Positions 1 through 8,271 of a stretch of DNA of 26,342 bases are shown piece after piece (positions within the stretch are counted from its first letter, which is position 1; each line of letters opens with the position of its first letter). The notes beneath the pieces were generated by a model. That model did no database searches and was not told where the DNA came from. It saw only the letters and a list, made by a program, of their open reading frames with translations. Source of the DNA: an uncultured archaeon (GTDB lineage: Archaea > Asgardarchaeota > Lokiarchaeia > Sigyniarchaeales > SOKP01). Made by a program: the position numbers and the translations under genes. Where the stretch lies: NCBI GenBank assembly GCA_964493715.1, contig CAZBPC010000044.1:1-26342 (forward strand), in the 5' to 3' direction.

Positions 1-2
1 TC

Positions 3-1982
3 GTCGAATATGAGGATTTATTAGCATTTGATTCTGAAATAGCAGAAATGTTAAGGAAAGATCCAAAAACCATTTTAGACGATGCAGTTGAAGCTTTGAA
101 AAATATACTCACGTTTCAAGGGAGTAAATTAATAAATCAAGATTATTTTGTGAGAATTTCAACTAAAGATGAAAATTGTCCTATATTTATTCCATTAAGG
201 GGATTAAGAGCAAAAAATATCGATAATCTTATATGGACTAAAGGAATTTTGGTAAGGAGTTCTGCTATTAGACCCAAATTAGTAAAAGCTATTTTTGAGT
301 GCAATCTCTGTGGCGCTCATATAGATGTTGAACAATACTCTTCAAAATTAAGGGGACCAAAAGGATGTACTAATACTAGATGCAAAGCTAATTCACAATC
401 AGATTTTAGACTTGTATCCAAAATTTCTGAGTTCATTGATTGGCAAAGTATAATGATACAAGAAATACCCGAGGATTTACCCCCTGGAAGAATTCCGAGA
501 TCAGTACAAGCTATATTAACACATGATTTAGTGGATACTGTCAAACCGGGAGATCGAGTAAAAATTATGGGGGTCTACAATTCTGTATTAGCGCAATCCC
601 CAGCAAGCATGAATAGTAACTTATTTAAAACTTTTATTGATGTAAATTTAATCGATCCTGAAGATAAAGCGGATGAGTTTATTGAACTTTCTAAAGAGGA
701 TAAAGAGGCTATTGAAAAACTGTCAAAAGAACCCAATATTCAGAAAAAAATTGCCCGATCTATTGCTCCTGTCATATATGGTCGTGATGACCTTAAATTA
801 GCTTCTGTATTGAGTTTATTTGCGGGTACAAGAAAAAAAAGACCGGGTGGTGGTTTTAAACGTGGTGATATTCACATCTTATTTGTGGGAGATCCTGGAA
901 CGGGTAAGAGCGAAATTTTGAAAAGCGCTATTGAAGTATCACCTAGGGGGTTATATACTTCTGGTAAAGGATCAACAGCAGTTGGTTTAACGGCAGCCGT
1001 AATAAAAGATGGAGAAACAGGTCAAATGAACTTGGAAGCTGGTGCAATTGTTTTGGCAAATGGAGGAGTTGCTGCTATAGATGAATTTGACAAGATGGAT
1101 ACTGCAGACAGATCAGCTCTGCATGAGGCGATGGAACAGCAAACCGTAAGTATAGCTAAAGCAGGAATAGTTGCTACTTTAAAAGCTCAAACAGCGATGA
1201 TTGCCGCAGCTAATCCTCGTTCTGGGAGATATGATAGATATAAAACAGCAACACAAAATATTAATCTCCCCCCATCATTACTATCCAGATTTGATCTCAT
1301 ATTTGTAGTAGTAGATAAACCCGATCATGCAAATGATGCCCAAATGGCAGAGTTTATTTTAAAGAATGCCATGAATGATCCTGAAAATCCAGTAGAAGAT
1401 GATAGCCTAATTATAGCCCCAATTCCAGCAGATATGTTAAAAAAATATATCAAACATGCTCGTAGGACCTGTCACCCTATTCTGAGCTCAGAAGCAAAAG
1501 ATCGTATTAAAGAATTTTATTTAGAATTACGAGGACAATATGATAGTGAAGATGCAGTCATATCTATTCTAGCTAGGAATTTAGATGGTTTGGTGCGTCT
1601 TAGTGAAGCATATGCCAAAATGGCTCTAAGAGAAAAAGTTCTTAAAAGTGATGTTGAAGCAATTATTAAACTCTTTAGAAGGTATCTTCAAGATACGGGC
1701 TATGATGAAACAACGGGTAAGATTGATATGGATCGCATATTAGTAGGGCAATCAAGAAGCGCTTTAAGCAAATTAGATAAATTAATGAATAGATTAAAAG
1801 GAATATTTGAAGAGAACAATTGGAGAGCCTTAGAAAAAGCCAGTTTAATTCAAATTCTTGATTTAGAAGAAGATTTGGATGAGAAATTCATTAAAAGTGC
1901 ATTTGAAGAACTAATAAAAGAAGGCACTCTTTATGAACCAAAAAATAACATGATCAAATTTACAAATAAAGTTGAAGAATAA
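3..1982 (+). CDS. mcm: Replicative helicase MCM (5' end lies outside the window)
   Basis: The frame is open from position 3 (VEYEDLLAFDSEIAEM...), so ATG 48 is internal. Zn finger CNLC...CTNTRC; Walker A GDPGTGKS; YTSGKGSTAVGLTAAV; Walker B IDEFDKM; Arg finger LLSRFD; C-terminal winged-helix-like region. No intein. Confidence 0.97.
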   Translation, partial: VEYEDLLAFDSEIAEMLRKDPKTILDDAVEALKNILTFQGSKLINQDYFVRISTKDENCPIFIPLRGLRAKNIDNLIWTKGILVRSSAIRPKLVKAIFECNLCGAHIDVEQYSSKLRGPKGCTNTRCKANSQSDFRLVSKISEFIDWQSIMIQEIPEDLPPGRIPRSVQAILTHDLVDTVKPGDRVKIMGVYNSVLAQSPASMNSNLFKTFIDVNLIDPEDKADEFIELSKEDKEAIEKLSKEPNIQKKIARSIAPVIYGRDDLKLASVLSLFAGTRKKRPGGGFKRGDIHILFVGDPGTGKSEILKSAIEVSPRGLYTSGKGSTAVGLTAAVIKDGETGQMNLEAGAIVLANGGVAAIDEFDKMDTADRSALHEAMEQQTVSIAKAGIVATLKAQTAMIAAANPRSGRYDRYKTATQNINLPPSLLSRFDLIFVVVDKPDHANDAQMAEFILKNAMNDPENPVEDDSLIIAPIPADMLKKYIKHARRTCHPILSSEAKDRIKEFYLELRGQYDSEDAVISILARNLDGLVRLSEAYAKMALREKVLKSDVEAIIKLFRRYLQDTGYDETTGKIDMDRILVGQSRSALSKLDKLMNRLKGIFEENNWRALEKASLIQILDLEEDLDEKFIKSAFEELIKEGTLYEPKNNMIKFTNKVEE

Positions 1983-2057
1983 TCAAAAAAACTCTCTAAT
2001 GTTCTTTACTTTAATTAACTTACGTTGTTATTTATTCAATCTATTTTAAATGTAAAT

Positions 2058-3917
2058 TTAAAAATTCAAATTTGATAGTCCTAATCTTTTTATTGTTCGA
2101 AAGTTAGGTTTCCCGGTGTTTTCATTCCAATCTCTTAAACCATAATAAATTTTTTTCATTTTATTGAATTCTGGAGATAATCCTCTTAGAGGTCCTTCTT
2201 TTAAAGGGGTTAATAATATCTCAGGAATTGTGTCATTTACCGGTTTTATTCCCATTTTTATATTAAACAACCTCTTCAAAGTAAAAATTCTTTCACCTAA
2301 CATTTTAGTAGATTCAATATTCAATTTACTCCCTAACAAGTTATTTATCAATTCAATCATATATTCTGGTGGTGGATTCGCAAAGAAACATGAAATTAAG
2401 CTTGAATACAAAGATCTGTAATCCTGAAGAATGATAGTCCCCTTGATCATTTTATCATTATTTGAATTCATATCAACCTTTTCTATGCCTAAAGAAGAAA
2501 AATCTATTTCAACAGATGATCTTAACACTTTAAATCCATCAGCAGAAGTATGGCATGCACCTCGAGGGCTAAATGCATAGGTTATTGCCATTCCATGACA
2601 AAATCTTAAATCATGATAGGGTACTTCCAATTTATTTACAGTTGCTATATTATCACTGGAGATGTTAAATTTAACGCCAACAGCATTGGAGCCCTCTGCT
2701 AATATTTTACCAATTCCTTCCTTGAAAGTTGTTTTTTTTATTAATGCTAACATCGAGTCCGCTTGACCCCATGAAAGATTTAGATCGTCTACTTGTTCTT
2801 TATCGATTATTCCCTTATTATACAAATCATAAAGTAAAGAAATACTACCACTGGTACTTATGGTGTCCAACCCATAATCATTACACATATCATTAGCAAT
2901 AGAAATTGATTCTAAATCGTTGTTCAATATCATAGAACCAAAACCGGCAATGGTTTCATATTCAGGACCTTCACAAAAGGGAACATCATAATTCCTATTA
3001 AGTATGTTGATGATTCTTCCGCATCCTATAGAACATCCATAACATGATTTGTTTTTGATTAAAAACTGTTTTTTTAAGGTTTCACCTGAAATATCTAATA
3101 TACCATTCCATTCTCCTTTTGACCAATACTTAATTGGTATATCTCCCAATGAATACGCTCCCATTACGCCAGCGCTGGTCCCCATATCTCTTAAAATTTG
3201 CGTGATGTTGGAATTTAGTATAGAATGAAGCGTTTTCTTGATCGAAGCTTTGAATTGGTGAGGAGAATATATTTTTGGTTTAAATCGATCTCCTTTAACT
3301 ATTATTGCCTTCAAGTTTTTTGAGCCAAAGATAGCACCCATACCTGTGCGTCCTGCAGATCTGCCTTCCGCATTTACATTAGCATATTTAACTTGATTCT
3401 CCCCCGCTTGTCCTATACATAGTACTTTTGATTTCGGTAATTCTAACAATTCTTTTAACTTAATTCTTGTTTCTTTTATTCCTTTTCCCCAGAACTTTCC
3501 TGCATCACATAAATTTACTTTATCGTTTATAATTTGTAAATAAACGGGTTCATCTGATTTTCCCGTGATTATAATACCATCAAATCCCGCTTTCTTCAAT
3601 TCAGGTCCAAAGGTCCCTCCACAATTTGCTTCTCCCCATAAACCCGTGTACGGTGATTTTGAACAAATAACAAATCTATTAGAAGATGGTGCTCCTGTCA
3701 GGGTAAATGGACCGTTCATTATCATTATTGAATTATGAGAGGATAATCCATCAAGATCCTTATCGACTTTATCAATTAAATAGCGACATGCATAACCCGC
3801 TCCACCAAGAAAATCAATGGTATAATCCCTATTGATAGGTTCAAATGAAATTTTATCTTGGCTAAGATTCACATTCAATAAAACTCCAGTAAAACCAAAA
3901 ATTACTTGATCATCCAA
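2058..3917 (-). CDS. aor: Tungsten-dependent aldehyde:ferredoxin oxidoreductase (AOR family)
   Basis: SKSPYTG, GGTFGPELKKAGFDGIIITGK, AGRTGMGAIFGSKNLKAI, 4Fe-4S motif CYGCSIGC, GPEYET, DYGLDTIS, RGACH. TTG start with GGAG about 11 nt upstream. Confidence 0.93.
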   Translation of the reverse strand: MDDQVIFGFTGVLLNVNLSQDKISFEPINRDYTIDFLGGAGYACRYLIDKVDKDLDGLSSHNSIMIMNGPFTLTGAPSSNRFVICSKSPYTGLWGEANCGGTFGPELKKAGFDGIIITGKSDEPVYLQIINDKVNLCDAGKFWGKGIKETRIKLKELLELPKSKVLCIGQAGENQVKYANVNAEGRSAGRTGMGAIFGSKNLKAIIVKGDRFKPKIYSPHQFKASIKKTLHSILNSNITQILRDMGTSAGVMGAYSLGDIPIKYWSKGEWNGILDISGETLKKQFLIKNKSCYGCSIGCGRIINILNRNYDVPFCEGPEYETIAGFGSMILNNDLESISIANDMCNDYGLDTISTSGSISLLYDLYNKGIIDKEQVDDLNLSWGQADSMLALIKKTTFKEGIGKILAEGSNAVGVKFNISSDNIATVNKLEVPYHDLRFCHGMAITYAFSPRGACHTSADGFKVLRSSVEIDFSSLGIEKVDMNSNNDKMIKGTIILQDYRSLYSSLISCFFANPPPEYMIELINNLLGSKLNIESTKMLGERIFTLKRLFNIKMGIKPVNDTIPEILLTPLKEGPLRGLSPEFNKMKKIYYGLRDWNENTGKPNFRTIKRLGLSNLNF

Positions 3918-4096
3918 TACCCTAAAATCTCCTATAAATCATAAATACAATGAAAAAACCATTAAAATTTAAAATTAAGATTAGCCATTAAATTTTCTTA
4001 AGTTTAATATGTGAATACAACTAACTTAAATAAAGAATTAAAATAAAAAAGAATTAACAAATCAAGATAATAATTAAATTAACTTAAGGGATCATA

Positions 4097-5077
4097 ATGA
4101 AAGCTGCCATTTTTGAAGATGTCAAGAAAATTGTATATAGAGAAGATTATCCCGATCCAATACCTGGAGATGATGATGTTATCCTAAAGGTTCATTATTG
4201 TGGAATCTGTGGAAGCGATATTACAAACTTTAAAATTAAAATGTATCAAGTGCCACTAATTATGGGCCATGAATTCACTGGAGAAGTAGTAGAAATTGGA
4301 AATAATATTAATGATGTAAAAATTGGAGATAAAGCATGTGGAATTAACGTAAAATTAGATCTAAGTGAGAAAAATTTAGATGGAATGGGAATATTTAAGG
4401 ATGGAGGTTTTGCCGAGTTTGTAAAAGTTCCAAGAAAATATCTTTTTCATATTCCTAATTCTGTATCAACAAAGGAAGCCCTTATGATTGAATCATTCGC
4501 TAATGCTGCAAGAGGAGTTCGCTTATCAAAAATTGGCCAGAATGAAAAAGTAGCAATAATTGGAGGCGGGAATATTGGATTATGCTTTTTGAAATACATT
4601 TTAAATGAAAAAAAACCTAAATACCTAGTTGTAATTGAACCGCATGAATACTTAAGGAATAAGGCAACAAAAATGGGAGCAAATGAGACTTTTCCCCCCA
4701 ACAAATCAAAAATAAAGAAATACTTCAAGGACAATGGATCTCCTACATATATTTTTGATTGTGCAGGTAATGAAAAATCTATTTTGTTAGCAATTGATTT
4801 AATTGAACGAGGTGGTACTATTTTACTAGAAGGTGTATATAAAGGTAGTGTGTCATTTCCATTGTTTCTAATCAATTCAAAAGAGGTCACAATCACAGGA
4901 GTTCTTGGACATGATTATGAGGATATAAATCTAGCGTTAAACTTTTTTTCTCAAAATAGAGTAGATGCCAATGAATATATTACCGAGATTATTTCGTTAA
5001 ATGAGATCCAAAATGCGTTTGAAAAATTCTTAGAGCTAGGAGAGAGAAAATTTATAAAAATTGGAATAAAGATTTAA
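4097..5077 (+). CDS. Zn-dependent medium-chain dehydrogenase (sorbitol/threonine dehydrogenase-like), substrate unknown
   Basis: Catalytic Zn motifs CGICGSD and GHEFTGEV; Rossmann motif IIGGGNIG; the 4-Cys structural-Zn loop is absent. Confidence 0.9.
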   Translation: MKAAIFEDVKKIVYREDYPDPIPGDDDVILKVHYCGICGSDITNFKIKMYQVPLIMGHEFTGEVVEIGNNINDVKIGDKACGINVKLDLSEKNLDGMGIFKDGGFAEFVKVPRKYLFHIPNSVSTKEALMIESFANAARGVRLSKIGQNEKVAIIGGGNIGLCFLKYILNEKKPKYLVVIEPHEYLRNKATKMGANETFPPNKSKIKKYFKDNGSPTYIFDCAGNEKSILLAIDLIERGGTILLEGVYKGSVSFPLFLINSKEVTITGVLGHDYEDINLALNFFSQNRVDANEYITEIISLNEIQNAFEKFLELGERKFIKIGIKI

Positions 5078-5088
5078 GCTCAAATTCT

Positions 5089-5601
5089 TTAAAAGTTGTT
5101 TGTTACAATCTCATTCGCTAATATTTCAAATGATTTGTTGACATTCGTTCCATCTTTAGCGGAGGTATTGAAGAAATATCTGGCTCCAATATCATTTCTA
5201 ATAATTTCAATTTCTTCTTTGGTGATTTCATTAATTAGGTCATTTTTATTTGCAATCAAGATAATTGGGGCTTTTTCACAATGTTCCATCAAATCAAGTT
5301 TCCAAAATTTAACAAGTTGTTCAAATGTTTTTCTTCTCGTGAGATCAGCTACCATCATCACACCATGAGCCCCATTATAATATAAATGGCGCATTTTTAT
5401 CCATCGTTCTTGACCTGCTATATCCCATAATTGCATTTTGACAGTTTCTCCCGTGTGAAGTATTAGTTTTTTAGTGAAAATATTAGTTCCAATTGTTATT
5501 CTATAATCTCTGGAGAATTTTTCGGATATAAATTGTTTAACTAAACTAGTCTTACCTACCCCAGGATCCCCTATAATTATGGTTTTGATTAAAAATGGCA
5601 T
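5089..5601 (-). CDS. Rab-like small GTPase (Ras superfamily)
   Basis: G1 GDPGVGKTS, G2 TIG, G3 WDIAGQER, G4 NKND, G5 TSAK; YYNGAHG resembles Rab YYRGA; 170 aa with no C-terminal Cys tail. Confidence 0.95.
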   Translation of the reverse strand: MPFLIKTIIIGDPGVGKTSLVKQFISEKFSRDYRITIGTNIFTKKLILHTGETVKMQLWDIAGQERWIKMRHLYYNGAHGVMMVADLTRRKTFEQLVKFWKLDLMEHCEKAPIILIANKNDLINEITKEEIEIIRNDIGARYFFNTSAKDGTNVNKSFEILANEIVTNNF

Positions 5602-5899
5602 GTCTTTCTACTTTTAAACGATTAAATCCAGTTTTAGTTCTATTTAATTATTAAATTACAGAAATATAAATAATATTGAATCGATGCCCCCTATTAAACT
5701 AGAATTTACGTATATAGGATGTCATAAAAAAAGCAAAATTATATGTCATTATGAACTTAATGTTTCGCGGTATAATAGATTGTTTTTTAGATCATTAAAT
5801 TGACATCTTACGTGATTCTTTCGCATAGATTCATTTAATATACTTTAAAAAAAAGATATATTCAAATAGTCATAAATTCTAATAAGAGGAGTATCATTA

Positions 5900-5913
5900 G
5901 AAAGTTATATAAA
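5900..5913 (+). promoter_or_regulatory. Candidate BRE/TATA promoter of the deacetylase gene
   Basis: GAAAG followed by TTATATAAA (5905-5913), about 55 nt upstream of ATG 5968. The AT-rich background lowers specificity. Confidence 0.4.
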
Positions 5914-5967
5914 GAATAATGAAAAATCATTAATTATTAATTTAAAAAATGGAATTATGTTATTATA

Positions 5968-7056
5968 ATGACCACAGGAATAGTATATGATGATATATAC
6001 CTTAGCCATCAGATAGGAAATCATGTCGAAAGTCACTTAAGATTAGTAACAATTATGGATTTTCTTAAACAACAAAAATTATTACAAAATCCCAATTTTA
6101 AATTGGTAAAACCAAGAAAAGCAACAATAGATCAAGTCAAATATGTTCATGCAGAGAGATTAATTAATGAAGTGAAAGAACTTTGCGAACTCAGTCAAAA
6201 AACGGGAAGGATTCAGCAACTTGATATGGATACTGCAGTATCTGCTAAGACATATGAGGCTTCTCTGTTTTCCGTGGGTGGAAATTTACAAGGTATAGAT
6301 GAGATCTTATCAGGAAATATTAAAAATGGATTTGCCTTAGTACGTCCCCCAGGTCATCATTCAAGTAAGTATAGATGTGCTGGATTTTGCATTTTTAATA
6401 ACATTGCTATTGCAGCTGAGTATTTATTTCGAGAAAAAAACTTTAAAAGGGTAGCAATCATAGATTGGGATTGTCATCATGGAAATGGAACACAATCCAT
6501 ATTCTATGGCGGATCGGAAAATGGAGATTTGGTCATGATAAATTCCCATCAAGATCCTACTTATTTTTATCCTGGTTCAGGATTTTTCAATGAAATCGGT
6601 GAAGATAAAGGTTTAGGAAAAATAGTTAATTTTCCAATGCCTCCTAATTCAGCTGATGATGTTATAATGAAATATTATGATGAAATAGTTAATCCTCTTT
6701 TAAGCGAATTTAAACCAGAGTTTATACTTATTTCAGCGGGTTTTGATACTCACTGGACGGACAGGTTAACTAATATGGGTTGGACTTATCAAGCACCAGC
6801 AAAATATTTAGAAAAAATCAAGGAAATTGCCAAAAAATATGCAAAAGATAGAATTTTGCTTACTTTAGAAGGGGGTTACGAATTAGATAAGCAAGCAATA
6901 GCGGTATATAATTGTTTGCAGATATTAAATGATAATGATAATGGTTTAATTGAGGAAAATTCAAGAACATCAAATGCAGAAATTTTGAATTATGTAAATA
7001 ATAACCTCATCCCAAAATTGAAAAAGAAACTGAGTGATCATTGGAGTTGCTTTTAA
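5968..7056 (+). CDS. Zn-dependent histone deacetylase-family protein (class II-like/AcuC/APAH superfamily)
   Basis: RPPGHH, GFCIFNN, DWDCHHGNGTQ, YPGSG, SAGFD and LEGGY motifs are all intact. Confidence 0.95.
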   Translation: MTTGIVYDDIYLSHQIGNHVESHLRLVTIMDFLKQQKLLQNPNFKLVKPRKATIDQVKYVHAERLINEVKELCELSQKTGRIQQLDMDTAVSAKTYEASLFSVGGNLQGIDEILSGNIKNGFALVRPPGHHSSKYRCAGFCIFNNIAIAAEYLFREKNFKRVAIIDWDCHHGNGTQSIFYGGSENGDLVMINSHQDPTYFYPGSGFFNEIGEDKGLGKIVNFPMPPNSADDVIMKYYDEIVNPLLSEFKPEFILISAGFDTHWTDRLTNMGWTYQAPAKYLEKIKEIAKKYAKDRILLTLEGGYELDKQAIAVYNCLQILNDNDNGLIEENSRTSNAEILNYVNNNLIPKLKKKLSDHWSCF

Positions 7057-7157
7057 AATTCTACCATCGCTTTCTTGCATTAGTTTATAAACTTAGTCCA
7101 CTATTTATTTATCAAGTCAATAATAAAAAAAATAAAATAAAATAAAGGTAAAAATTA

Positions 7158-8045
7158 ATGTCTGATGAATATGAGAGAGACGACGAGGAAGAATATAGAC
7201 CCCCAAAACCTCCGTCTATGCCACCCCCTACAATGGCCCCTCCATCAATCCACCCTCCCCCGGGATTACCTCCATCCCCAACCATGACACCTCCCCCCGT
7301 TGCACCAGTTCCCCCTCCAGTCTACCAAACTGAATCATTTGCCCCCACATATGAACAAGAATCTACCGGATCGTTACAATATGAATATGAGTCGGCAATG
7401 TCTCAAGTTCAGCAAAAACAAAATACAATATCTCAATTACAAGAGCAAGTACAGAATGCAAATGGTCAAATTGCTAATCTAAATGCTCAACTTATCGAAA
7501 AGGAAAATTATATTAATCGATTATCTAATCAAATGAATAGTGTCCAAGCTTCTATGGAAAGTTATCAATCTCAAATAACCCAATTGACAAATGAAAAAAA
7601 TCAATTACAAACAATCATTCCTCAATTACAAGGACAGTTACAAGATGTACAACAAGAAAATATGCAACTCCAACAACAAATCGGACCACTTCAAGCACAA
7701 GTTACTAAACTTCAAGAAGAATTATTATACAAAGAGAGACGTATCCAGGAATTAAAAGAGCCAAAAGCAGTAATGCCATCAAGCTTAGCACAAGGTATTA
7801 CTTCTCAAGCCTCTAATATAGGAGGCACTCCTTCCTTTGGAACATCTACGGGATCCACAACTACACCCCTCCCTGCTCCATCTCCTAACATAAATCTTGG
7901 ATCTGGAAGAAGAATATGCCCAAATTGCGGAGCTAGTGGTTTTGCTATAAAAGAGGTTGAAGATAAAACAAAAATTATTAGTTACATTCCTAAACCTCAA
8001 TATGCGAAGAAATCTATCTGCTCGAAGTGCGGTTTTGAGTTTTAG
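7158..8045 (+). CDS. Hypothetical protein: acidic N-terminus, polyproline region, Gln-rich coiled coil, C-terminal Zn ribbon
   Basis: MSDEYERDDEEEY, then about 45 aa Pro-rich, about 130 aa of Q/E/L heptads, a S/T/G/P linker, and CPNC...CSKC at the C-terminus. Confidence 0.85.
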   Translation: MSDEYERDDEEEYRPPKPPSMPPPTMAPPSIHPPPGLPPSPTMTPPPVAPVPPPVYQTESFAPTYEQESTGSLQYEYESAMSQVQQKQNTISQLQEQVQNANGQIANLNAQLIEKENYINRLSNQMNSVQASMESYQSQITQLTNEKNQLQTIIPQLQGQLQDVQQENMQLQQQIGPLQAQVTKLQEELLYKERRIQELKEPKAVMPSSLAQGITSQASNIGGTPSFGTSTGSTTTPLPAPSPNINLGSGRRICPNCGASGFAIKEVEDKTKIISYIPKPQYAKKSICSKCGFEF

Positions 8046-8068
8046 ATCTTCTAAGGCTATCCAGTAGT

Positions 8069-8095
8069 ATAGGGATTTATAACCTATTTTTTTTA
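8069..8095 (+). terminator. Possible oligo-T terminator after the Pro-rich protein gene
   Basis: Short ATAGG...CCTAT stem followed by a T run, about 40 nt after the stop codon. Confidence 0.3.
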
Positions 8096-8194
8096 TCATT
8101 TCTTAATTTTATAAAACTCCTCAATAATATCAATTTTCAAAATTTCAAATATTACTTTGTTTTACAGATATTTCAAAGATTTTGAAAATGCTAG

Positions 8195-8210
8195 GAAAAT
8201 TATTTATATT
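8195..8210 (+). promoter_or_regulatory. Candidate BRE/TATA promoter of the surface-protein/MoxR operon
   Basis: GAAAA followed by TTATTTATAT, about 65 nt upstream of ATG 8272. Confidence 0.35.
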
Positions 8211-8271
8211 ATAATTTTAATTAATATTGCAAATTGATCACGGTATAAGTAGAATAAAGTCTTGAGAAAGC

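Noticed and set aside
890-1230. Intein or intron in MCM, a common insertion target
   Set aside because: The Walker A, Walker B and intervening motifs are contiguous with normal spacing.
7199-7320. C-rich stretch as a DNA repeat or foreign insertion
   Set aside because: Explained by varied CCN proline codons; there is no exact tandem unit.
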